This document shows, piece after piece, positions 28,918 through 39,538 of a DNA stretch of 64,000 nucleotides (within the stretch, counting starts at the first letter, position 1; each line of letters opens with the position of its first letter). The translations under genes and the position numbers were made by a program. The DNA is from an uncultured bacterium (GTDB lineage: Bacteria > Patescibacteriota > JABMPQ01 > CAVVCK01), in NCBI GenBank assembly GCA_963746775.1, contig CAVVCK010000001.1, forward strand, positions 339,050-403,049. The letters run 5' to 3'. The notes under the pieces are model-generated. The model did not search any database. It was not told the origin of the DNA and worked only from the letters and a program-made list of their open reading frames with translations.

Positions 28918-29994
28918 ATGAAACCAAAAAACACCGTCGGCCTAATTTCCTACGGCACCGACATTCCTCAAAATAGAATAAAGATTAAAGATATAGCTCT
29001 CGCTTGGAATAAAGATCCTAAAGCAATAGAAGCTTCTTTAGGTGTGATTGAAAAAGCAATACCTTCTAAAGATGAAGACACTGTAACACTTGCTACTAAT
29101 GCAGCTCTTGAAGCAATGGAAAAATTAAAAAATAAACCAAATATAGGAGCAATTTATACCGGCTCAGAAAGTCATCCTTATGCAGTTAAATCCACTTCCT
29201 CAATAGTCGGTGAAGCCTTAGGTATTGGTAATAATTATACAGCCGCTGACCTAGAGTTTGCTTGCAAGGCTGGAACAGCTGGTGTACAAATGATAACAGG
29301 AATGGTCTCTTCTGGTATGATTGAATACGGAATAGCTATTGGAGCAGACACAGCTCAAAGTAAACCTGGCGATGCACTTGAATACGCTGCCGGTGCCGCC
29401 GGTGCATCATTTATTATTGGATCAAAGAAAGAAGAAATTATCGCTAAAATTTTATATACCGAAAGCTTTACATCCGATACTCCAGACTTCTGGCGCCGAG
29501 AACATCAAGTCTATCCTTCCCACGCTGGCCGCTTCTCCGGAGAGCCTGCGTACTTTAAACATATAATTAGAGCAGTTCAGAATACTTTAAAAAATACCAA
29601 ATCCCGAAGGGTCGCCGGAGAGGCGACAAAAATATCTGATTTTGATCATGTTGTTTTTCATATGCCTAATGCTGCCTTCCCCCGCAAAGCTGCTAAAATC
29701 TTAGGAGTTACAGATAAACAATTACAAGCAGGCTTTATCGGACCATATTTAGGAAATAGCTATTCTGCCTGTTCTTTGGTAGGTTTAGCCTCCGTTCTAG
29801 ACCAAGCTAAACCCAAAGATAAAATATTATTATGCTCATACGGATCAGGTAGTGGCAGTGATTGTTTTGTAATGGAAGTAACAGAGAATATTAAGAAGCT
29901 TAAGAAGACAAAAACAGTTCAAGATAAAATTGATAATAAAGAATATATTAGTTATACAGAATATTTAAAGAATATGGGGAAATTGAAGATGTAA
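28918..29994 (+). CDS. HMG-CoA synthase, archaeal type
   Basis: GSESHPYAVK, DLEFACKAGT, DTPDFWRR, SYGSGSGSD. Confidence 0.93.
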   Translation: MKPKNTVGLISYGTDIPQNRIKIKDIALAWNKDPKAIEASLGVIEKAIPSKDEDTVTLATNAALEAMEKLKNKPNIGAIYTGSESHPYAVKSTSSIVGEALGIGNNYTAADLEFACKAGTAGVQMITGMVSSGMIEYGIAIGADTAQSKPGDALEYAAGAAGASFIIGSKKEEIIAKILYTESFTSDTPDFWRREHQVYPSHAGRFSGEPAYFKHIIRAVQNTLKNTKSRRVAGEATKISDFDHVVFHMPNAAFPRKAAKILGVTDKQLQAGFIGPYLGNSYSACSLVGLASVLDQAKPKDKILLCSYGSGSGSDCFVMEVTENIKKLKKTKTVQDKIDNKEYISYTEYLKNMGKLKM

Positions 29995-30046
29995 ACGCTA
30001 GATGTAGGGGCAGAACACTGTTCTGCCCCTACAATAAATAAAATCA

Positions 30047-31189
30047 ATGAAAGAAATCTACATAAAAGGCACCGGCCTAACAAAATTCGGTGAAGTTTGG
30101 AATAAAGATTTAAGAGATCTTGCTTTTGAGGCGGGAATAAAAGCTATTAAAGACGCTAAAATTGATTTGCAAGAAATCGATGCTATTTATGTTGCTAATA
30201 TGAAAGCCGGAGAATTCGCCGGACAAGATCACCTGGGAGCCTTAGTTTCAACTATTTTTAATTTAGATATACCAGCTTTCCATATAGAAGCTGCTTGTGC
30301 TTCCGGAGGTGTAGCTATAAACCAAGCCTATCTGAGTTTGCTATCTGGAAAATACAAAAATATCTTAGTCCTTGGAGTTGAGAAAATGACTGACCAAGAT
30401 GCAACCAATACTACTAAAGGATTAGCCGGAGCTGCTGACGAAGAATGGGAAGCACACTACGGCGCAACCTTCCCCTCCCTTTACGCCATGATCGCTCAAG
30501 AACATATGCGTAGATACAAAACCATCAGAAAAGATTTAGCTCTTATCGCTTGTAAAAATCATCACAACGCCACTTTTAATGAATACGCTCAATACCAAAA
30601 AGAAATAACCGTTGATAATGTCTTAAATGCTTCGCCCATCGCTGAACCTTTAGGATTGTTAGATTGCTCCCCTATCACTGATGGTGCTGCAGCAGTTATT
30701 TTGTCAAACAACAGAAAAAGTAAAGTTAAATTAATAGCCTCAGAAGTTACTACCAGTACTCTAGCCCTTCATGATAGAAAAGATATTACAACCCTAGATG
30801 CAGCCATTAAAGCTTCCCAGAAAGCTTATCAGTCCATCAATATTAAACCACAAGATATAGACATAGCCGAAGTACATGATTGTTTTACTATTGCCGAACT
30901 TCTAGCTTATGAAGATTTGGGCTTCTGTAAAAAAGGTGAAGGAGCAAAATTAATCAGATCAGGTAAATTAAATTTAGATGGATCACTACCTATCAATACT
31001 TCCGGTGGACTTAAAGCCTGTGGCCATCCAGTAGGTGCAACTGGTATTAAACAAGTCATAGAAATAGCTACTCAACTAGAAGGTAAAGCTGGAAAACGAC
31101 AAGTTAAGAAAAATTTAAAATACGGGCTAACACATAATATTGGTGGCAGTGGTGCCACAGCTGTAGTAAATATTTTAACCAAATCATAA
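30047..31189 (+). CDS. Acetoacetyl-CoA thiolase, archaeal/SCP2 type
   Basis: EAACASG, GVEKM, EVHDCF, GHPVGATG, HNIGG. Confidence 0.92.
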   Translation: MKEIYIKGTGLTKFGEVWNKDLRDLAFEAGIKAIKDAKIDLQEIDAIYVANMKAGEFAGQDHLGALVSTIFNLDIPAFHIEAACASGGVAINQAYLSLLSGKYKNILVLGVEKMTDQDATNTTKGLAGAADEEWEAHYGATFPSLYAMIAQEHMRRYKTIRKDLALIACKNHHNATFNEYAQYQKEITVDNVLNASPIAEPLGLLDCSPITDGAAAVILSNNRKSKVKLIASEVTTSTLALHDRKDITTLDAAIKASQKAYQSINIKPQDIDIAEVHDCFTIAELLAYEDLGFCKKGEGAKLIRSGKLNLDGSLPINTSGGLKACGHPVGATGIKQVIEIATQLEGKAGKRQVKKNLKYGLTHNIGGSGATAVVNILTKS

Positions 31190-31587
31190 TGTATAAAGGT
31201 TCATCGCCTAAATCCTGGCGAAAATATAAAACTAAATATAGACTACTGGGCAATCAAGGAACAAAATCAGGTAAAAAATATTATCCACCTGTTTTTGTAT
31301 CTAAAAAAAATCCCTCAGAAAAATTAAAAGAATATAAATTTAAACCAGAAGGAAAATTAATCACTTGGTCTATTGTTCACGGCGCACCTAAGGGCTATGA
31401 AGAATACGCACCCTATATCATTGGTATAATAGAACTAGAAGAGGGTGAACGAATAACCTCTCAAATAGTTAATGTAAAAAAATCACAATTAAAATACGGC
31501 CTTAAATTGAGAGCCGTCTTTAGAAAAATATATCAGGATGGTGATAAGGGAATTATTGATTATGGATTGAAGTTTACTTTAAAATAA
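31189..31587 (+). CDS. DUF35 OB-fold thiolase partner lacking the Zn-ribbon cysteines
   Basis: YYPP, G.LITWS, PYIIGIIELEEG, FRK..YG.KF; overlaps the thiolase stop (TAATG). Confidence 0.85.
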   Translation: MYKGSSPKSWRKYKTKYRLLGNQGTKSGKKYYPPVFVSKKNPSEKLKEYKFKPEGKLITWSIVHGAPKGYEEYAPYIIGIIELEEGERITSQIVNVKKSQLKYGLKLRAVFRKIYQDGDKGIIDYGLKFTLK

Positions 31588-31671
31588 AATTAACAATCAT
31601 AAAAAGAGGCTAAACTTTTTTAAGTCTGAGTCTCTTTTTTATTCTTAATTTTTATTTCCTATTTTAAATTA

Positions 31672-33594
31672 TTAGTTCACACCATGCCAGTTTTCTATAA
31701 CTGCAATCCCTACTCCATTTCGAAGGGTAGGATCACCAAAAGCAAAGAAATTAGGAGTCGGTCTGAGGATACCTGAAGGCTCATAACCTAAGATATGAGG
31801 ACCATTAGAGCCTATAGGAGAAATAAGTAACTCTTGGGCTTCATCGGCAGGATCCAATTGAGCTGCTCGAATAGTAAAGTCTCCTCTAACTTGTTCTTCA
31901 TAGACCCACCAGAAATTCTTTCTTTCTCCCTCTTTGTCAAAGGCGTTTACTTGGGAAGAACCGTTATTAGGAGTAGTGTAGATCCTTTCTCCGGCACCGA
32001 CAGCAGTTAAACCTTGATTAATAGCTGTTTCATAAGCTAGAAAATGATTATACAATAATGACCCATCTGCTTTGTAAATATAGACGTAGGGATCAGCCGG
32101 ACCATGATTAGGGGTAACTAATATTTCATCAGCTCCATCATTGTATTGGAAAGTACCTAAATTACAGCCTACATCTTGAAAGGGTGCTTCAAATTCAGCA
32201 GACTTTACCCAGTTATCTATACCTGATACATCGGTATAAACTCGGACCAAAGGAGCCCTGTCACCAGTTAGACAAAAAGCAGCATCATCTTGAAAACCAT
32301 CATTATCAAAATCTCCTGATGTGGCCGATAATCCATCTCTAATAGATGAATCAAAGACAAACATTTGACCTAAAGAAGATAAAGAACTATCTTCTTTTAA
32401 CCCACGAACAAGAGCTTGAGGACCACCATTATTAATAGCAAATAATAAAAATTGATCTAAAACACCATTATTATTCTGATCTATAGGAATAATCCCTGCT
32501 CCACCTAGATATGATTCGGGAAAAAGATCGGTAATATCTTCTTCTAATAAAGAATTACTGCCATCCGTAGTTGCTTTGGAGTAAGCTTGAAGACGAGTTG
32601 GTTCGCCAGGACCAGAGGTTGTAAGAATTTTGGGAGAAATAGTTAGCCCTTCCGTCTCAGATTTTTCTTCGTCGGATTGTTCAGTGTTTGTAGCTACAAA
32701 ATAAGTGGCATGATCAACCGTAAAACTACATTGCTCCTCACTTACAGTACATTCAGTTTCATTGGCCCAAGCCTCCCCACCTTCTTCAAGTGACTGGATT
32801 CGCAAAGTCATACCTTCATATCCTGAACCAACATTTAGAGAAACAGTAACATTTTTACTAAAATTAAGGTTTAAACCAGGAATTCCTAATCTAATAGCTA
32901 AAACAGGATCACCTATTATATTAGTCGAAGGCAGATTATCAATATCGACAACCTGATTAACCATTCTATAAAATTCAAAGCTCCCTCCTTCACTACGTGT
33001 TACCACAGTATCTACAGGAAAAGTTACCGTCGTTCTATTTGAGCTAAATTCCCATTCTTCCTCAATAGTAACATTTGATGACTCGGCAGTATTAGCAATA
33101 GTTACCCCTTTAGCATCCGGTAGAGCAGCAAGTTCCTCAGGGGTATACCACTTTTGATTATTAAGCCTATCAGAAACAAGAAACCAGCCCACTTCCCAAA
33201 TCCCCACTTTAGACCATCTCGGAATAGTTGCTGTACCAGTATAAGTTCCAGATTTATCATCGCCCGAAACTCTTGTAATCTCAAAACTAGTATACTGCGT
33301 CCCAATCAACGCCTTTATAGCCAACCAAGGAGGACTTCCAACCTGAGTACCATCCCAATCACAGTCGTCATAGACACAAACCCCCGAAAGGTCATCAGAA
33401 ATAACAGCTTCAAAGGTAAGAGTTTGAGCGCTATCAGAAGTATTGATTTCTGCCGGCATTATACTAAATGACTCTATAACCGGAGGTGTTCGATCTTCTT
33501 CTGCCTTAACTTTCGGCACATTTATTGATAAAGTCAGAGAACAAAATACAATCATCAAAGCAACTACAATCAAATTACTTACTACTTTTTTCAT
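31672..33594 (-). CDS. Secreted surface protein with Ig-like and FG-GAP-like regions
   Basis: Signal peptide, DRTPPVI, VDHATYF, GDFDNDG-type repeats. Confidence 0.7.
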   Translation of the reverse strand: MKKVVSNLIVVALMIVFCSLTLSINVPKVKAEEDRTPPVIESFSIMPAEINTSDSAQTLTFEAVISDDLSGVCVYDDCDWDGTQVGSPPWLAIKALIGTQYTSFEITRVSGDDKSGTYTGTATIPRWSKVGIWEVGWFLVSDRLNNQKWYTPEELAALPDAKGVTIANTAESSNVTIEEEWEFSSNRTTVTFPVDTVVTRSEGGSFEFYRMVNQVVDIDNLPSTNIIGDPVLAIRLGIPGLNLNFSKNVTVSLNVGSGYEGMTLRIQSLEEGGEAWANETECTVSEEQCSFTVDHATYFVATNTEQSDEEKSETEGLTISPKILTTSGPGEPTRLQAYSKATTDGSNSLLEEDITDLFPESYLGGAGIIPIDQNNNGVLDQFLLFAINNGGPQALVRGLKEDSSLSSLGQMFVFDSSIRDGLSATSGDFDNDGFQDDAAFCLTGDRAPLVRVYTDVSGIDNWVKSAEFEAPFQDVGCNLGTFQYNDGADEILVTPNHGPADPYVYIYKADGSLLYNHFLAYETAINQGLTAVGAGERIYTTPNNGSSQVNAFDKEGERKNFWWVYEEQVRGDFTIRAAQLDPADEAQELLISPIGSNGPHILGYEPSGILRPTPNFFAFGDPTLRNGVGIAVIENWHGVN

Positions 33595-33749
33595 TTTTAT
33601 AAATTAATTATTAAAAATAAAAAACCCGCATTAAAAAATACAGGTATCAATTAATCAAATCTATATAAACTTTTTTCATTTTGTTTTAATTTGTTTTTTT
33701 ATTATAGCATGAAAATATTATTTAACCAAATTATTTTTCGAGACTCCCT

Positions 33750-34739
33750 CTATCTAGTAATATTCACCCTATAAAAATCCATTTTATTCTCTTTTAAAAA
33801 ATTTTCTATCTTCTCCTGATCCCCACCAAAACAAATCAAAGCTCCACTCCCTTCACCTTTATGCGCTCCCGCCCCAGATACCTTTGTATGACCACCTAAA
33901 TTACTCAGATCATTAATTAACTTTTGCGTCTTAGAAGTTACAATCCCTAAATCAATTAGTTCTTCTCCTGCCATATCTATAATTTTATAAAATTTTTCTT
34001 TGTTATCTTCCTCCAAGGCATCAATTAAATCGTAAGTTAATTTTTCTAAATTCTTAAATATTTTCCCTGCTTTAGCAGGATCTTTTTTAATATTATTTTT
34101 AACAAATTCAACTACCTCGCCAGTCAAAGCTTCCGGATTTCCAGAATTTATTATTAAAATGTCATTCAAAATATCTGACTCTATTTCTAATTTCTCATAA
34201 TCAAATCCCTCTTTCTTCTTCCGATATTTCATCAACCCTCCATAAATTATAGCAATTTGATCTAGTCCACTGGACTTGTAACCATGAAATTTAGTCTCCA
34301 CTTCCATGGCAATCTTAAACAAATCTTCTTTGTTCAATTCTTTTTTAAAATTTTTTGATAAAGCCTTAGCCATGCTCACAATAACGCTAGTCGATACTCC
34401 GCATCCTCCAAGAGGTGCTTCTTTTTCAATCTCTATCACTATTGGTTGAACATCCTTAACCTTTAAATATTTTAAAACTACGTTTAAGCTAATTTTAAAA
34501 AGTTTATCCCTCTTATTATTATATTTAAAACTATCTCCTAGCTTTAAAATTTCTTTAATATTATATTCGCCCCTATAATTGTTCTCTTTGTCCTCAACAA
34601 TAATCATTTCTCCATTAAAAAGCTTAACTTCACAATAACAATACATATTTATCGCACAAACTAAAGCAGGCTTACCATACACAACACTATGCTCTCCTAT
34701 TAAAATTATTTTTGTTGGGGATTTTTCTCTTATAGGCAT
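33750..34739 (-). CDS. mvk: Mevalonate kinase (GHMP family)
   Basis: KIILIGEHSVVYG, SSGLD, KVSGAG; close to the mevalonate operon. Confidence 0.8.
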   Translation of the reverse strand: MPIREKSPTKIILIGEHSVVYGKPALVCAINMYCYCEVKLFNGEMIIVEDKENNYRGEYNIKEILKLGDSFKYNNKRDKLFKISLNVVLKYLKVKDVQPIVIEIEKEAPLGGCGVSTSVIVSMAKALSKNFKKELNKEDLFKIAMEVETKFHGYKSSGLDQIAIIYGGLMKYRKKKEGFDYEKLEIESDILNDILIINSGNPEALTGEVVEFVKNNIKKDPAKAGKIFKNLEKLTYDLIDALEEDNKEKFYKIIDMAGEELIDLGIVTSKTQKLINDLSNLGGHTKVSGAGAHKGEGSGALICFGGDQEKIENFLKENKMDFYRVNITR

Positions 34740-34741
34740 TG

Positions 34742-35491
34742 TTATATCTTTATTTCCATTAAATCTTTTGCCAAAACAATTTCCCCTTTAAATTCTTTTG
34801 CTGCTTCTTTTTTTATATTAATTTTTTCTACTTCTGGATAAAAATGAGTTAGAACTAATTTTTTCACATTAGCTTTATTCCCAATTTCCCCTGCCTGACT
34901 TGGAGTTAAGTGTCCGTCAAATTTAGTAGGCAGAGCTGCCTCAATTAAAAGTAAATTTGTATTTTTGGATAAATCTATAATATTTTTACAAGGACCAGTA
35001 TCACCAGCTATTACTACTGATTTATTATTATCTTTAAATCGATAAGCTGCTGTATTCATCCCTGGAACATGCTTTAAATATTTCACCCTAACTTTTCCAA
35101 AAGAAAATTTCTTAGATGCTTCGCTCATTTCGAAAACTTTTACGAATTTTATTTTCTTTAATAAACCAAAGGCTAATAGATATTTATTATAAAATTCCTT
35201 AAATCCCTTTGGTCCGATAATATTTAAAGTTTTTCTAGTTACACCCCATAATTCATCTACATAATATAGTTGTAAATAGACAATAAGATCAGACACGTGA
35301 TCAGGATGAATGTGGGTAATAAAAATATAATTTATTTTTTTATAATCAAAACCTGCATTATTGAAATTATTAAAAGTACCACAACCCATATCAACTAAAA
35401 TATTTTCTCTACCAATAGATAGAACATAACCTGGACTTTTTCTCTTTGGATTCGGCATACATGTACCTGAACCTAGGATTGTTAATTTCAT
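34742..35491 (-). CDS. RNase Z-like metallo-beta-lactamase fold hydrolase
   Basis: LGSGT, THIHPDH, GDTG, HLT, LTHFYP. Confidence 0.85.
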   Translation of the reverse strand: MKLTILGSGTCMPNPKRKSPGYVLSIGRENILVDMGCGTFNNFNNAGFDYKKINYIFITHIHPDHVSDLIVYLQLYYVDELWGVTRKTLNIIGPKGFKEFYNKYLLAFGLLKKIKFVKVFEMSEASKKFSFGKVRVKYLKHVPGMNTAAYRFKDNNKSVVIAGDTGPCKNIIDLSKNTNLLLIEAALPTKFDGHLTPSQAGEIGNKANVKKLVLTHFYPEVEKINIKKEAAKEFKGEIVLAKDLMEIKI

Positions 35492-35515
35492 ATTTTATTT
35501 CTTATTTTTTTGTAC

Positions 35516-35812
35516 GTAGTACCGGCCTCTCCAGGCCGGTACACATTATTCACCAAACGAACTAATATCTATTTTTTTCAAATCATTTGGTTCTTTATTC
35601 AAACATAATTACCCAAGCATAATATGCAAAATGGAATTTATTTTTATAAAAATTTAAATTTTCTAAAATAATTTTACACAAAATTTGATCTTTAAAATAA
35701 GGGATTCTCTTATATGTACAAAAAGTTAAGAAATATATTTTTTTATTTAAAATTAATCTCAGTGGATGCATATATCTCATTAGCATACCAACCCTGGGGG
35801 GGTTGCTACTAC
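35516..35812 (-). mobile_element. REP-associated tyrosine transposase (RAYT) remnant flanked by inward-facing GTAG REPs
   Basis: ORF 35595-35786 (YFLTFCT..R...F...AWVIM) stops just before the expected HUH motif; REPs GTAGTACCGGCC..GGCCGGTAC (+) and GTAGTAGCAACCC..GGGTTGGTA (-). Confidence 0.75.
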
Positions 35813-35827
35813 GAAAACAAATAATAT

Positions 35828-36673
35828 TTATTTTCTCAATCCCTTTAAAACCTCCAAATCCTTCATTCTCTCCCTATCTCCCGGCGTTTCGATAACCATA
35901 TTAACATCTTTCAATCGACTATCTCCCACAATTGCTCTAAATCCTTCCAAACCTATTTTTCCCTTACCAATATGTTCATGCCTATCTTTCTTAGCATTAA
36001 AATCAACCATAGAATCATTGCCATGAATTAATTTTAAATATTTTAAACCTATTATTTTATCAAAATCATCAAAAGTTTTTTTGACTGTTTTTTTATCCTT
36101 TAGGTCATAACCAGAAGCAAAGGCATGCGCTGTATCAAAACAAACTCCAATTTTATTTTTAAAAATTTTTACCTTTTCTACTTCCTTGATAATATTAGCA
36201 ATCTCCTGAAAATCATCACCAATAATTTTCCCTGCTCCTGCCGCAATCTCTATTAAAAATTGTGTATTGCCTTTATAATTTTTTAAAACTTCACAAATTC
36301 CCTTAACTACTTTTTTAAAAGATTCTTTCTCACCTAAATCTTTGGCACTACCCAGGTGAGTCATTAAGTATTTAGCGCCTAACTTTGATCCTCGCTCTAA
36401 TTCTTCCTTTAAAACAGAAATAGAACCGTGATAGATTCTATTATTTTTCGATCCCAAATTAATATAGTAAGGAGTATGAATATAAAATTCCTTCTGTTTA
36501 TATTTTTTTAAATTATTTTTAAAATCTAAAACAACATCTGAAGTTAACTCTGGAGCCTTACCACCTCGAGGAGATCTAGAAAATATTTGAAAAACTTCAC
36601 AACCTAAATCCAAAGCTCGCTTGGGAGCATTTTGAATTCCTCCAGCTATTGAAACGTGAGCACCAAAATACAT
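35828..36673 (-). CDS. nfo: Endonuclease IV
   Basis: GAHVSIAGG, HTPYYINL, DTAHAFASGYD, HGNDS, DRHEHIG, IETP. Confidence 0.95.
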   Translation of the reverse strand: MYFGAHVSIAGGIQNAPKRALDLGCEVFQIFSRSPRGGKAPELTSDVVLDFKNNLKKYKQKEFYIHTPYYINLGSKNNRIYHGSISVLKEELERGSKLGAKYLMTHLGSAKDLGEKESFKKVVKGICEVLKNYKGNTQFLIEIAAGAGKIIGDDFQEIANIIKEVEKVKIFKNKIGVCFDTAHAFASGYDLKDKKTVKKTFDDFDKIIGLKYLKLIHGNDSMVDFNAKKDRHEHIGKGKIGLEGFRAIVGDSRLKDVNMVIETPGDRERMKDLEVLKGLRK

Positions 36674-36838
36674 TTGAATTAAATTACTAATTTCCAATAC
36701 CCAATTTCCAATAAAAATTTTAATGTTAAATTACAAAAATAATTTAGACATTAGACATTTTGATTTTTATTAGAAATTAAAAATTATTAATTGGAAATTA
36801 TTCCGCCTTTTATAAATAACTTTTAACAAACTAAAAAA

Positions 36839-37285
36839 TTATTCCCTAATCAACAGCTTCACAATATCCGCTCTACTAACAATCCCCAATAATCTACCAT
36901 CTCTAACAACCGGTACTGGATTAATATGTTCTTCTTCAATTAAAGAAGCTACATCTTCTACGGAATAATCAGGATCTACCGTTACTACCTCAGCTGTCAT
37001 CAATTCACACGCTTTGGTCGCTAATATTTTCTCTAACTCGCTTTCAACTTCAGAAGGATCCTCTAAATAAAGAAAACTATTTAAAAGTTGAATATAACTA
37101 GGCATATGCAATTTTGCTTTTTGCATAATAAGATCTGCTTCAGTAACAATTCCCACAATTTCCTTACCTTTTACTACGGGTATGCCTGTTAAATTATTTT
37201 CAATCAAAAGTTTAGCCACTTCCTTTATAGAAGTATCTTCCCTACAGGTAATAACATTTTTCCTCATTATTTCCGATATTTTCAT
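36839..37285 (-). CDS. CBS domain protein
   Basis: Tandem CBS pair (VGIVTEADL, LGIVSRADI). Confidence 0.9.
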   Translation of the reverse strand: MKISEIMRKNVITCREDTSIKEVAKLLIENNLTGIPVVKGKEIVGIVTEADLIMQKAKLHMPSYIQLLNSFLYLEDPSEVESELEKILATKACELMTAEVVTVDPDYSVEDVASLIEEEHINPVPVVRDGRLLGIVSRADIVKLLIRE

Positions 37286-37387
37286 ATTTTTTATATTTAT
37301 TTTAATAATCGATACTAATATACAAATTTATACTAATAAATATTCATTTGTATAATTCGTATTCATTAGTATATTTGTATCGTGTAC

Positions 37388-38668
37388 TTATTTTACCATT
37401 TTCTTCACTAAATATTCAAATACTTTTCTGTTTTGTATTAATGTTCTTATATAATCCTCATACTCTGCTGATTTAATTTGTTCTATTATTTTTTTGTCAT
37501 ACGCATACCGAGCTAAAGTTTTATTTTTTTCTTCTTCAACTTCCTTGTTATTAGCTTCAATTTTTTCAATTTTAGCTATTTCTCTTAAAATTAATCCGTA
37601 TTTTGCCCGCTTAGAAGCTTTATCTTCAAATTCTTTTTTTAATTCTTCTTCTGTTTTTTTAATACTTTCTAAATATTTTTCATATTCACCACCTGAGGCA
37701 GCTACCATGTTTTTTAATTCAGCTATCATTTTATTTATTTCACCTTGAACTAAAACCTCTGGAAGTTCTAGCTCTGTTTTTTCAGCTATTTTTTCAAGCA
37801 TTGCTTCCTCTAATCTTGATTTTTCTTTTTGTTGTTCTTCTTTCTCTAAATTTTCTTTAAGCTTTGCTTTTAAATCTTCTAAATCCTTAAATTGTCCCAA
37901 AGATTTTATAAACTCATCATTTATTTCAGGTAAATTTCTTTCACTCACTTTTTTCATTTCTACTTTAAATTCAACATCCCTGTCTGCTAAATTATTTTGG
38001 TGATATTTCTTAGGAAATCTCACACTAAATTCCTTCTTGTCTCCAACTTTCATACCAATTAGATTATCTTCAAATCCTGGTACAAATTGTCCTTCGCCAA
38101 TTATTATGGGATGATTTTTACTCTCACCCTTATCTACGGGTACTTTATTTAAATAAGTCTTAAAATCAACCTCAACAACATCTCCTGATTTTGCTTCTCT
38201 TTTTACTTCAGAATTTTTAGCTCTGCTTTTTCTTAAATTTTCAATCATCTCCTCAACTTTTTTTTCCTCAACTTTTATTTCTTTCTTTTTAACACTAATT
38301 TTATCATATTCGGGTAATTTAAATTCAGATAAATAAGAAACTGTTGCCTTAAATTCAAAAGGATTGTCTGGAACTAATTTTTCCATCTTTATTTCTGGTT
38401 GAGCAATTGCTTCTATTTTATTCTCGGTTATCGCCTGAACATAAAATTTAACAATTGCCTTTCTGGAAGCTTGTTCCCAGAGACCAAAAGTTCCTACTTC
38501 TTTTTCCACAATATTACGTGGTACATGACCCTTTCTAAAGCCAGGAATACTTAAAGTATTAGAAATTTCTTTAGCCGCTTGTTCTAAAAAAGGTTCCATT
38601 TCTGAAACTTCTGCGGAAATATTTAATTCTACCTTACATTTAGGTAATTTTTTAACTTCTACTTGCAT
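37388..38668 (-). CDS. tig: Trigger factor
   Basis: IPGFRKGHVP and FKBP domain; next to clpP. Confidence 0.96.
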   Translation of the reverse strand: MQVEVKKLPKCKVELNISAEVSEMEPFLEQAAKEISNTLSIPGFRKGHVPRNIVEKEVGTFGLWEQASRKAIVKFYVQAITENKIEAIAQPEIKMEKLVPDNPFEFKATVSYLSEFKLPEYDKISVKKKEIKVEEKKVEEMIENLRKSRAKNSEVKREAKSGDVVEVDFKTYLNKVPVDKGESKNHPIIIGEGQFVPGFEDNLIGMKVGDKKEFSVRFPKKYHQNNLADRDVEFKVEMKKVSERNLPEINDEFIKSLGQFKDLEDLKAKLKENLEKEEQQKEKSRLEEAMLEKIAEKTELELPEVLVQGEINKMIAELKNMVAASGGEYEKYLESIKKTEEELKKEFEDKASKRAKYGLILREIAKIEKIEANNKEVEEEKNKTLARYAYDKKIIEQIKSAEYEDYIRTLIQNRKVFEYLVKKMVK

Positions 38669-38877
38669 AAATTCAATTTGTTAATAATTTAAATTTAACT
38701 AATTTTTTATTAATTAAGATACGTATTTTAAGAATATAATTTTTAAGTCATAAAATCAAGTCTAACTTGACAAAAGCATCTATAACCTTAAAATCTAGGC
38801 ATTGGAAGTCATTAGCCATTAATAATTCAAAATAACAGCTAATCTACTAATGACTAATTAACTAATTACTAAACTCT

Positions 38878-39453
38878 ATGGATTTAATACCCACTGTAAT
38901 AGAAAAATCAACTTATAGCGAACGTGCCTATGATATTTATTCCCGCCTTTTGAAAGAAAGGATTATTTTTTTAGGCGGTCCCATAGACGATAACGTTGCC
39001 AATACCATTATCGCCCAACTTCTTTTCTTGGAAAGTGAAGATAAACACAAAGACATTAAATTATATATTAATTCCCCTGGTGGATCAGTTACGGCTGGGT
39101 TAGCTATCTATGATACTATGCAATATGTTAAATCAAACGTCTCAACTATTTGTGTAGGTTTAGCTGCTTCTATGAGTGCAACTCTATTGGCCGCAGGAAC
39201 AAATGGTATGAGATATGCCCTGCCAAATTCGGAAATTATGATTCATCAGGTCATGGGTGGAGCCCAGGGACAAGCTACTGATGTAGCCATATCAGCCAGA
39301 CATATTATTAAAGTAAAAGAAAATTTAAACAAAATATTATCTAAGCATACCGGACAGAATATAGCCCGCGTAGAGAAGGATACTGACCGAGACAATTATA
39401 TGAATCCGCAAGATGCCAAAAAATATGGTATAATAGATCAAATTATTAAATAA
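38878..39453 (+). CDS. clpP: ATP-dependent Clp protease proteolytic subunit
   Basis: [31 protein letters not shown]. Confidence 0.97.
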   Translation: MDLIPTVIEKSTYSERAYDIYSRLLKERIIFLGGPIDDNVANTIIAQLLFLESEDKHKDIKLYINSPGGSVTAGLAIYDTMQYVKSNVSTICVGLAASMSATLLAAGTNGMRYALPNSEIMIHQVMGGAQGQATDVAISARHIIKVKENLNKILSKHTGQNIARVEKDTDRDNYMNPQDAKKYGIIDQIIK

Positions 39454-39538
39454 ATTATGCTTACTAATATACGAATTATAATTATATTAGTAATATTATT
39501 AGTATAATTCATACGTATTAGTATTGATATATTCACAT

